Positions 50,896-59,234 of a stretch of DNA of 64,000 nucleotides are shown here, one piece after another (position 1 is the first letter of the stretch; the number at the start of each line of letters is the position of its first letter). The notes under the pieces were generated by a model. The model ran no database searches and was not told the origin of the DNA. It saw nothing but the letters and a program-made list of their open reading frames with translations. Location: the IMG/VR virus record IMGVR_UViG_3300027788_000010, positions 8,373 through 72,372 of that record; one strand, 5' to 3'. This DNA is from a virus. The position numbers were made by a program, and so were the translations under genes.

Positions 50896-51756
50896 TTAAT
50901 CACCCACCTTAGATACTATAATTTTATTTTTATCACCTTTAGATGTGTCGTAAACAAGAAACTTAATCTCTGGGTAGTTACTACTTAGTTCATCTTCAAT
51001 GTAACTAATTACAGCTTCTACATTTTTTTTATCGTCGTCACTGAACCCTATCGATAGGTTAGTGTGTTCACCATTCGCGATATTTTTAGCTCCCATAACA
51101 ACCCTAGTCACATAATCCTTTAAGGCTATTTTTTTACCCTCTTCAGGGTTATCAGCATCCGACTCTATACCGAATTTACTTCTAAATTCTAACGAACTAA
51201 CCGGGGAATAATCATTTTCACCCAAGTAAAAATCAATTGTTTCTTCCAGACCCAACCCTCTTGCTGATGGGTATGATTCGGTTATATTCTCCACCATCTG
51301 ACCTATTTCTTCAGGACTAAAGGTCATACTAATTAATATCCTAACACCTTCTTTAATAGCGTTCGGTGATGTACCTCTAGCTGTTATTATGGAGAATGGG
51401 TTGGCGTAGATAAGAGATTCTTTAAATTTCTCAAAACTAGGGCCAAACATTTTTTCGTCTATGGCTTTTTTTGTGTCTCTTATAAAAGACTCTGGTTCTC
51501 TAAAATTAATAAAGGAATTTTTACCTAACCTATACTTTGGGTCGTTCCTTAATTCAGCAAATTCAGTAGTACTTACATCAACCGGCACCCAATCACCACC
51601 ATCACTACGTTCCATCTTTATTTTGGTTGGCATGTATAGAATGTTATCGTCCCAATCAAAAGAGTAACCCCTTATATCAGTACCCCTCAACACCTCACCA
51701 ATCTCATTTACCAACATCTTAACTTGTTCTTCACCAATTATAAAACTTCTTTTCAT
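50896..51756 (-). CDS. HAD-superfamily phosphatase-like protein with N-terminal leader
   Basis: Motif I YSFDWDDNI, II SIITARG, III K (EEGKK), IV GFSDDD; N-terminal MKRSFIIGEEQVKMLVNE. Confidence 0.7.
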   Translation of the reverse strand: MKRSFIIGEEQVKMLVNEIGEVLRGTDIRGYSFDWDDNILYMPTKIKMERSDGGDWVPVDVSTTEFAELRNDPKYRLGKNSFINFREPESFIRDTKKAIDEKMFGPSFEKFKESLIYANPFSIITARGTSPNAIKEGVRILISMTFSPEEIGQMVENITESYPSARGLGLEETIDFYLGENDYSPVSSLEFRSKFGIESDADNPEEGKKIALKDYVTRVVMGAKNIANGEHTNLSIGFSDDDKKNVEAVISYIEDELSSNYPEIKFLVYDTSKGDKNKIIVSKVGD

Positions 51757-51772
51757 ATATTATAAATATAAA

Positions 51773-51802
51773 TTGTTTTTGTTAATTTTTTTATTATCTT
51801 TG
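51773..51802 (+). promoter_or_regulatory. Bacteroidota-type housekeeping promoter (TTG-N19-TAnnTTTG)
   Basis: TTG at 51773-51775, 19 nt spacer, TATCTTTG at 51795-51802, upstream of the CAP gene. Confidence 0.65.
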
Positions 51803-51894
51803 TAGTATAAATTACTCTATAAGTTGTAACCACAAGGATAAATTTTACGTATAACTTACTACTAACCGAATGTCTAATTAATAAAATAAATAAA

Positions 51895-52560
51895 ATGAAC
51901 AAACTACTAACAACTTTATTACTCATACCAATTATCCTTACAGGGCAAAACAAAATAACTTGCATGTACGACTCAACAACTAATAAGTTTAATATACCAA
52001 CTAATTTGGAGTTAATGTCTTTAGGTACACCTACAATAACTAATAACGACAAATTAATACCCATGGGTGAACTTGACGTTATAGAAATGGATATGGTTTT
52101 ATTAGATTTAATTAACGACTATAGGGTTGACAATAACTTATCACCTATAAAGTTCAGTAATAGAGTTTGGGGTGTCGGTTTCCACCATACAACATATATG
52201 GTTAGGTCTGGAGATTTAAGTCATAACGAATCTACCGATTTAAACAATTTTGTAGAATTATCTTTTGATGAACGGGGTGGGAAACTTTGTGATACCGTAG
52301 GTAAGGGTTCTTTTTCAATAAGTGCTTACGAAAACTTAGCTAGAGTTTATGATACTGGTGATTTGTGGGGTGTCGCTGAAAAAATACTAAATATGTGGAT
52401 ATCTTCCCCAGAACACAACAGTACTCTATTAACCAAAACTAATAAATCTTCTTCTCTGTATGGAGCTTCAGTTTCCCATTCAAATAAAAAACGTGGTGTA
52501 GAACACACTAAAAACATATGTATTTACACCACGTTAAATATCGTAAAAGTATTAAATTAA
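51895..52560 (+). CDS. CAP/SCP-domain protein with signal peptide
   Basis: MNKLLTTLLLIPIILTGQ signal-like N-term; LDLINDYR...HTTYM...LSH...ENLA...WISSPEHNSTLL CAP motifs. Confidence 0.85.
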   Translation: MNKLLTTLLLIPIILTGQNKITCMYDSTTNKFNIPTNLELMSLGTPTITNNDKLIPMGELDVIEMDMVLLDLINDYRVDNNLSPIKFSNRVWGVGFHHTTYMVRSGDLSHNESTDLNNFVELSFDERGGKLCDTVGKGSFSISAYENLARVYDTGDLWGVAEKILNMWISSPEHNSTLLTKTNKSSSLYGASVSHSNKKRGVEHTKNICIYTTLNIVKVLN

Positions 52561-53150
52561 CTTCTTGATGGGTTATAGTTTTTACCAGTAGTGTTCATTC
52601 TATTAAACATAGTTCTCATCTTATTAATTTCAGATTCGTTAATTGTTTGTGTGGTCTTTAAACGACTAGACTCACCCATTTGACCTTTAGGTCGACCACC
52701 ATCTGATTTTCCTCCACCAATGACACCACAAGGTGGACAACCAAATAATTGATTTGGATTGCAATTATTATCACATTGCGCAGCTGATTTTCCTTTACTT
52801 TTAGGAACATCATCTTGAGTTGAAAATGTTTTCTTTTTTCCTTCACCCAACTCCCCCTCAACACCATCATCGTGGTCATGGTCATAATGGATATCATCTT
52901 CAAGGTCTTTAATGTGAACATGACCACCATCATCATGTTTTAAATCATATAATTCCTCATCATCTTGACCCATATCTTCACCGTAATGTAGGGATTCTTC
53001 CCAACTAGAGTCTTCAGTCATTACACCTAAAAGTCTATTTAATTGTTCTTCTGTCATAACTATTTTTTGTTTTGCGTCCTTAGTAAAAGTTTTTTTATTA
53101 CTTTTAGGTACACCAAGTTCTTCTGTTAATACTTTTTTATTAAATTTCAT
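52557..53150 (-). CDS. Low-complexity His/Asp-rich protein, possible internal head protein
   Basis: 197 aa; KKVLTEE, IVMTEEQLNRL, HVHIKDLEDDIHYDHDHDD, CDNNC...CPPC, INESEINKMR. Confidence 0.6.
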   Translation of the reverse strand: MKFNKKVLTEELGVPKSNKKTFTKDAKQKIVMTEEQLNRLLGVMTEDSSWEESLHYGEDMGQDDEELYDLKHDDGGHVHIKDLEDDIHYDHDHDDGVEGELGEGKKKTFSTQDDVPKSKGKSAAQCDNNCNPNQLFGCPPCGVIGGGKSDGGRPKGQMGESSRLKTTQTINESEINKMRTMFNRMNTTGKNYNPSRS

Positions 53151-53156
53151 AATCTA

Positions 53157-56100
53157 TTATATATCTTCAAACGATGCACCTGTAGGTGTAATTAGGAATT
53201 CAATAAATATGAATTCTAGTGCTCTTGTTGGTTTTATGTAAATTTTACCATTCATTTCATTTCTATCAATTTCTTCTGGGTCATTAGAAAGTACAACTCT
53301 AAAGTCAGTTAAACCCCTATCTCTTCTAATAGAGTCTAGAATTGGGTTAACTAAGTCTAAGAATTGTTGTCTTACTACATCATCATTTTGTTCAAATAAT
53401 AATCTAACCGCAACTGCTGAAATTAATTTTCTAGTTTGTAATAGTAATCTTCTAACATTAATTCTATCTAAAGCTGATTCCTTAACTTGTAATGTTTTGT
53501 TACCAAAAATTATAGGCCCCACATCACTAAATGTTGCTATTGGATTTAATCTACCAACATAAAGTGTGTCTCTATCGTCTAAAGTAAGTTTTGTTCTAGC
53601 TTTAATGGCGTTTACAACACCTCTAGTATAACCTGCCGACGCGAACCATGGAAATGCTATATTATCTGTCAATGCTAAGTTTCTAACCACCTCACCTGTT
53701 GGTGGGATGTATAATTGTTTATTTGTGTTATTGTCTCTAACTTGAACCCAAGGATAATAAGTTGCTGTGTAGTTTGAGTCTATGAAACTATCTTCCATAT
53801 TATTTACAGCTTCTGTCGCGTCTATTTTATTTTTTGGGTCTGTTGTTGTGTCTACGAATAAATTATAATCCGGTGTTGTTGTTATATACAACGAGTCAGC
53901 TCTTTCATTTTCAACCATATCTATAGTATTGTTTACTAATGATAAATTATTGACGTAATCTATACCAGGTGTAACCAATACATTTATATCTACAGCTTCT
54001 GGATTTGAGAATTTGTGGATAGCTCTGTTATAAGCGTCATAGTCAGTATTTGACTCGGTTGTTGATATTTTCTTAAATGACCCTAGTCCTGTAGCGTCTG
54101 GGTAGGTTGTGTCTGAACAAGTACCGTATTTATAACCAGTCATACCTAATCGGTATGTGTCCATATTTGTTCTAGTTTTTCTATACTCATCCCAACCATC
54201 AAACCCACCATAAGGAGCTAAAGTAAATTTCCTTGATACTAATTTGTAATATGGGTCTGTTGTTTTTGTAGGTTCTGATTGGAAAGATGCTGCACCAACC
54301 ATAAACATAGACTTACCACTTAATGTGGTTGCTGTGTTAGTTAAGTAAGAACCAGAACCGGCTACAACCACCGTTGCTCCAGAGTCCATATGGAACCCTT
54401 GTGTTAGAACAGGCCAGTCTGACCCACTAACATTTGTACATACGTTAGTTGGTGTCTTATACCCTTTATATTCGAAGAAATCAAAGTCAATCGCAGCACC
54501 CTCACCTGTAGATAACCCTAAGTAATTTTTTCTTATGTTATCCCCAGCTGAAATTGATGAGTTGGTTAAGTTACCAGCAGAATCAAAATATGGGTCATAA
54601 ACTACCTCACCAGGTGTAAAATACTTAGTTTTCCATTGTGGGAATGGATTTGTAGTACTATCACAAGACTGTCTAAATTTATACCCTTCAAACCCTGATG
54701 GTAACGCATCTTTTAAATCACCTTCTAATACCGAGTCAGTTAATTCTAACATAGTATATATTGATTTTAATTCGTAGTCACCGTCAGACGTACCCACTTT
54801 CCTACCTATAAAATTAGGTAATGTAGGGTTTAATGAACATCTAGTATATTTTTCGAACACTATTGGATTCGCGTCAGTATCGTAAAAGTCTCTAACAACA
54901 ATATCAAACTCTAACCTTTCAAAAGAAATATTAGTTATAGATATTTTATGTTCCCTATTTGCTGATGTACCATCAGATATCGAAATAAACCTAAACAACC
55001 TAGAAACATCAGTACCTCTTAATTCAGAAACGACGTAAGGTGTTGTTGGTGTTTGCCATTCATTCATATACCAACCTAAAGACGTTCTTAGTGTATTATT
55101 AAATCTAGCTGCTGGCCTATAACAACTACAACAATTTATACCTCTAACATATTGTCGTCTGTAAAGATATTTTAATAGGTTTGGGTAAACTTCCTCAACA
55201 AAGATTGGTACTTCCGTATCTTTTCTATCAAAAACTTTTCTACCTAATACTCTGGATATATAATCCTTTTTACTTGTATCTAACGATGTTGTAAATTTAT
55301 GCACAATTCCTTCATCAGTTTTAGCTGATATACCAAAAGAAGAAAACGGGTCTTTTAATAAATCCTGGAATACACCAGAACAATCTAAATCCACACCACC
55401 TTGTTTATAACCGTCACCAGTACTTGCACTTATTTGGTATGTCGGACCACCACTAGTTAGAGTACTTTGACCTCTAGACCTTAACGTTGCGATTGTCATA
55501 TTATGATAATCTGTATTAGCACTTACACAATCGTAATTTGAATATGAACCACTAATAGATAACCCTAAGTATGTTACTGCTGAACAAGTACCTGTATAGA
55601 ATGTTGTAAATGAAGATAGTGAATTTCCCGTTACAAACCATGTATTATTAACATCCCCACTCAAACCATTAGCTATTAGTGAACCAGCAATTTTACCTCC
55701 GGCTGTAGTTCCATCGTTATATCTAAGATTCAGACCGATACCACCACTACCAGCATTAACGGCATTTTGTGGTATCAAACCAGTGTTTGCGAAACCACTT
55801 AATGTTACGGATACAGCTGTATATGCTGGATGTGAACCTTGTATAGCTGTTGTGTGTGTGACATCGTTACCACAAGATACTAATCTGTAATCTGTTATAC
55901 CACCAGTATAGTCATCAACACCTAAAGTTGTTATAGCTCCAGATAAAGTACTTCCAGTACCATACGTGTCACCCACAAAAGGATATTTGTTTGGTAGGTA
56001 TTGTCCAGATTGACCGGCCCCTTCCCTACCAGCTTGAGTTCCAGCTGAGAAACTCCAGAAATTTTTATATAATATTGTCCCCGGTTTAGCTGAATTACCA

Positions 56101-57284
56101 AGGGCACCACTACCAAAGGACCATTCCTCCCATGTGGATGCTGATGTTACCGCGGTATAAGAACCAATATTAAGAACGTCCGTAGAACTATTTTCTGATA
56201 TTAAACCTTTAACTATATTAATACTTGATGTTCCTGTATTTCCAGAAACACCTGTATTTGTTGGTACCTGAACATATGTTGTACCTGTACTAGCTGATGA
56301 AACAAACATGTTAAATGAACCACCAGAATAACAACTAGAAGTACAAGTTGTGGAATCACCTTTATAATCAAACAAACTAAGATACCAACCATCATTTGTG
56401 TCACCTGTAAAATATTCTTGGAATGTTTGGGTCGCTCCAGTTGCTGCTAATGGATATGTAGCCCCTAAACCATAAGAACCGGGACCAAAATTTGTATTAA
56501 CACCTAATCTATTATAAACACTAACCGGTTGACCTGTCCTACCTGTAATACTTTGGAACTGAAGATATGTATCACCTGTATATAAAAAACCATAATAATA
56601 GTACTCGTTTGAACCCGAAACTTCAAAAGACGACTGGTCATTATCTAACAAATTATTTGTTATGTGAGATATTTCTGTAATCAACGTACCCACTTCATCA
56701 CCAGTACCATTATACCAAGTATCACCAGTAACTTGGTAGGCATTTCTAAATGGACCACTAACCCCACCAACCGGTGAAGTTGTCATCCCACTTATAGCTG
56801 ACCCAAAAACTGAATTTGATAAGGTTTGGTATATTGTTGATGTGTTAATAGTACCCCCTGTTAGTGGAACAAAATAATTATCTGTATATACTGATGTGGT
56901 TTGTGCTGTAACACCAGACTGCACCAATGATGTTTGCATTTCACCTATAGTTAATAATTGCCATGATGGTCCAGCGTCGTACCCAGAAAGTCCTAGAACT
57001 CTAGTAACAAATAATTGATTAGATTGGGATAGATACGACCTAGCTATGAAAGATGTTTCATATTTTGGAATCTGGGAGTCCGTATACTTTTCAGGGTCCG
57101 TACCACCAAATCTACTTCTAAACGTATTAAAATCTGATACGAATATAGGTTCAAACGCTGGTCCTTTATGTGTTTCACCCACAACACCTAATGTAGTAAC
57201 ACCAACACTTTGTGCTACGAATGTTAAATCTTTTTCCGCGGTGTACACACCTGGGGATACGAATACTTTTTGATTTTCTGCCAT
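53157..57284 (-). CDS. Contractile tail sheath protein (T4 gp18-like) with large insertion
   Basis: N-term FVSPGVYTAEKD...GETHKGPAFEP; C-term TATYYPW, PWFASAGYTRG, RLNPIATF, FGNKTLQ, LDRINVRRLL, LFEQND, IKPTRALEFI. Confidence 0.95.
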   Translation of the reverse strand: MAENQKVFVSPGVYTAEKDLTFVAQSVGVTTLGVVGETHKGPAFEPIFVSDFNTFRSRFGGTDPEKYTDSQIPKYETSFIARSYLSQSNQLFVTRVLGLSGYDAGPSWQLLTIGEMQTSLVQSGVTAQTTSVYTDNYFVPLTGGTINTSTIYQTLSNSVFGSAISGMTTSPVGGVSGPFRNAYQVTGDTWYNGTGDEVGTLITEISHITNNLLDNDQSSFEVSGSNEYYYYGFLYTGDTYLQFQSITGRTGQPVSVYNRLGVNTNFGPGSYGLGATYPLAATGATQTFQEYFTGDTNDGWYLSLFDYKGDSTTCTSSCYSGGSFNMFVSSASTGTTYVQVPTNTGVSGNTGTSSINIVKGLISENSSTDVLNIGSYTAVTSASTWEEWSFGSGALGNSAKPGTILYKNFWSFSAGTQAGREGAGQSGQYLPNKYPFVGDTYGTGSTLSGAITTLGVDDYTGGITDYRLVSCGNDVTHTTAIQGSHPAYTAVSVTLSGFANTGLIPQNAVNAGSGGIGLNLRYNDGTTAGGKIAGSLIANGLSGDVNNTWFVTGNSLSSFTTFYTGTCSAVTYLGLSISGSYSNYDCVSANTDYHNMTIATLRSRGQSTLTSGGPTYQISASTGDGYKQGGVDLDCSGVFQDLLKDPFSSFGISAKTDEGIVHKFTTSLDTSKKDYISRVLGRKVFDRKDTEVPIFVEEVYPNLLKYLYRRQYVRGINCCSCYRPAARFNNTLRTSLGWYMNEWQTPTTPYVVSELRGTDVSRLFRFISISDGTSANREHKISITNISFERLEFDIVVRDFYDTDANPIVFEKYTRCSLNPTLPNFIGRKVGTSDGDYELKSIYTMLELTDSVLEGDLKDALPSGFEGYKFRQSCDSTTNPFPQWKTKYFTPGEVVYDPYFDSAGNLTNSSISAGDNIRKNYLGLSTGEGAAIDFDFFEYKGYKTPTNVCTNVSGSDWPVLTQGFHMDSGATVVVAGSGSYLTNTATTLSGKSMFMVGAASFQSEPTKTTDPYYKLVSRKFTLAPYGGFDGWDEYRKTRTNMDTYRLGMTGYKYGTCSDTTYPDATGLGSFKKISTTESNTDYDAYNRAIHKFSNPEAVDINVLVTPGIDYVNNLSLVNNTIDMVENERADSLYITTTPDYNLFVDTTTDPKNKIDATEAVNNMEDSFIDSNYTATYYPWVQVRDNNTNKQLYIPPTGEVVRNLALTDNIAFPWFASAGYTRGVVNAIKARTKLTLDDRDTLYVGRLNPIATFSDVGPIIFGNKTLQVKESALDRINVRRLLLQTRKLISAVAVRLLFEQNDDVVRQQFLDLVNPILDSIRRDRGLTDFRVVLSNDPEEIDRNEMNGKIYIKPTRALEFIFIEFLITPTGASFEDI

Positions 57285-57415
57285 TTTATACTATTTTAGT
57301 TATTTTTATATATTTTATTAATAAATATTGATTTCAAATCGAAAAGTTTATGTATATGAGAATATAATTATATATAGTATGAATAATTTCTACCTTTTTT
57401 CACCCTTTAATTAAA

Positions 57416-57562
57416 ATGGAAATAAAAAACTTAAAAATACGTAAAGAATTTCATAAGTTATTAAAAGACTATTGTAAAACTAACGGTTTGGTTATGTCTA
57501 GGTTTTTAGAAAAACTTATACGGGATAAATGTGTCAAAAAACAAGACATATATGGTGAATAA
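57416..57562 (+). CDS. Small ribbon-helix-helix-like DNA-binding protein (absent from ORF track)
   Basis: 48 aa MEIKNLKIRKEFHKLLKDYCKTNGLVMSRFLEKLIRDKCVKKQDIYGE; strand-helix-G-helix pattern; fills the gap between the sheath and gp15-like genes. Confidence 0.7.
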   Translation: MEIKNLKIRKEFHKLLKDYCKTNGLVMSRFLEKLIRDKCVKKQDIYGE

Positions 57563-57564
57563 AA

Positions 57565-58659
57565 TTAAAAATAAATAAACTCCTCTAACCTTACTTGAGC
57601 GGTGCCCGAACTTGTTTTTGAGATTGTTACAATTAATACGTCGCCTATAACGACCTCCAAATTACCTTGTGTACCAACACCATTTATAGTATAAGTAACC
57701 CCACTTACATTATTAGACCTAATTAAATTTACATTAGCATTATAAGAGTAGGTTATTGTTTGCGTGGTTTCGGAAACTGTAAAATCTAATTTTCTCCTAA
57801 ACTTATTTTCATTATATATGTTTATTGGTTGTTGACCAACAATCGATGGGCTCCCAAACCCATAATCTTTATGTGTTGTGTTTGTATCAAAAAACAACAT
57901 AGACCTTGTTATAGCTGGTTTGACTTCAAACTCTTCTTCATCAATTAAGAATCCTTGTAGTTGAAATGTGTAGCTTTGTTGGTAGTATCTTCTTTCGTCT
58001 GTATTCACCACACTTTCATCAGAAATAGTTGTTAATATTAGTGGTATGTAGTGCCCTTTAACAAATGTGTAGGCTTGACGGGATGTAAACTTTTGCATTA
58101 TTGACTTATTAAATCTATTAAGTTCTCTCATCCTATTACATATTATTTTAACATTATATGTGATGTCTACCGGTATAGGTTGTGGTATGGTGTATATGTC
58201 AACACCCTTTCTAACACCATCCCAAGTCGGTACTTTAGCGAAATGAAATTGTTTTCTGTCTGGTATGGTATATTGTAGTGATGGGTTTGTACCATATTGT
58301 ACGTCTGGTTGTCTAACAACAACTATGAAAGGTAATGACACATTTTTATCTTTGGTGGAAAAACTCCATGTTTGGGAAAACTCACCCCACCTTTGCAAAG
58401 TTAGTATTCTATCTATCACCGGTATTTTTTCACCACTAGATGAGGTATCCAACTCCTCCTGTACAAACTCCAACATACCAGAGTCTAAATCGGCGTGTAG
58501 TATGGATTTTGGTAGGTAAGTTCCTTCATCCGTTATAAGTTGACTTAATTCCTTTCTACGATTAGGTGTTGTTAAACCATTATACCCATCAGGATATTGT
58601 GGTTGTGGTTGACGAGGTACCACATTTAAATTAGTTTTTACTTTTTTTGGGATTGCCAT
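57565..58659 (-). CDS. Tail terminator/sheath stabiliser-like protein (T4 gp15-like)
   Basis: LPFIVVVR...PQPIPVDITYNVKI...SYTFQLQGFL; positioned between neck and sheath genes. Confidence 0.65.
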   Translation of the reverse strand: MAIPKKVKTNLNVVPRQPQPQYPDGYNGLTTPNRRKELSQLITDEGTYLPKSILHADLDSGMLEFVQEELDTSSSGEKIPVIDRILTLQRWGEFSQTWSFSTKDKNVSLPFIVVVRQPDVQYGTNPSLQYTIPDRKQFHFAKVPTWDGVRKGVDIYTIPQPIPVDITYNVKIICNRMRELNRFNKSIMQKFTSRQAYTFVKGHYIPLILTTISDESVVNTDERRYYQQSYTFQLQGFLIDEEEFEVKPAITRSMLFFDTNTTHKDYGFGSPSIVGQQPINIYNENKFRRKLDFTVSETTQTITYSYNANVNLIRSNNVSGVTYTINGVGTQGNLEVVIGDVLIVTISKTSSGTAQVRLEEFIYF

Positions 58660-59177
58660 TATATACCTTTAAACTCGTTTGGACTTACGTATGAACACAC
58701 TATCGTCCTATAATAAGCCTTATACCCACCTATAGTGTGTGCTAGGTCAGATGTTACTCTACCGTCATTTGTTACAACATAGTATCTCATCATATCTTCA
58801 TTTTCAGCATAACCGACATAATCACCATACGATATATCTATAGATAACTCCTCCATATGTTTACTATAAACACTTAACGTCATATTTCCGGGTTCCATTT
58901 GGTTGACCAGACCATCAGCATAACTTTTATTTTGTGGGGCTGCAACACTTACAAGAGCGTTAAACTCCACAGGTGATTTATATCTAATCTCTTCTGGTCC
59001 CGCCTCACCATAAACATCGTCTACATCACTTTTTTTCTTATCAACCCTAAATAACACTAATGTAAAATTCATATCACCATGTAACCATTCCATACCCATC
59101 TTCTGTTCTAAAGAGAAATCTTCAGAACCAAAGAACCTAGATAGTCTTGTTATTGGTATTTTTTTCTGTTCTGCCAT
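58659..59177 (-). CDS. Neck/head-closure protein (T4 gp14-like)
   Basis: VDDVYGEA...PVEFNALV...DISYGDYVGY...YYVV; upstream of the gp15-like gene. Confidence 0.6.
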   Translation of the reverse strand: MAEQKKIPITRLSRFFGSEDFSLEQKMGMEWLHGDMNFTLVLFRVDKKKSDVDDVYGEAGPEEIRYKSPVEFNALVSVAAPQNKSYADGLVNQMEPGNMTLSVYSKHMEELSIDISYGDYVGYAENEDMMRYYVVTNDGRVTSDLAHTIGGYKAYYRTIVCSYVSPNEFKGI

Positions 59178-59195
59178 ATATTAATAAATAGTTAG

Positions 59196-59225
59196 TTGTC
59201 TATCTTATGTATTTTATTATATTTG
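59196..59225 (+). promoter_or_regulatory. Bacteroidota-type housekeeping promoter (TTG-N19-TAnnTTTG)
   Basis: TTG at 59196-59198, 19 nt spacer, TATATTTG at 59218-59225, 9 nt before the SNF2 ATG. Confidence 0.65.
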
Positions 59226-59234
59226 TAATTACTT

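Noticed and set aside
1249-51768. Canonical T4 late promoters TATAAATA read on the plus strand
   Set aside because: They point away from the adjacent minus-strand starts, and the copy before the plus-strand gene at 61000 reads TATTTAT, so the functional orientation appears to be TATTTAT.
25351-59177. Extracellular contractile injection system or tailocin rather than a phage
   Set aside because: Interleaved T4-like replication genes, neck-like genes and the lack of cellular housekeeping context indicate a phage genome.
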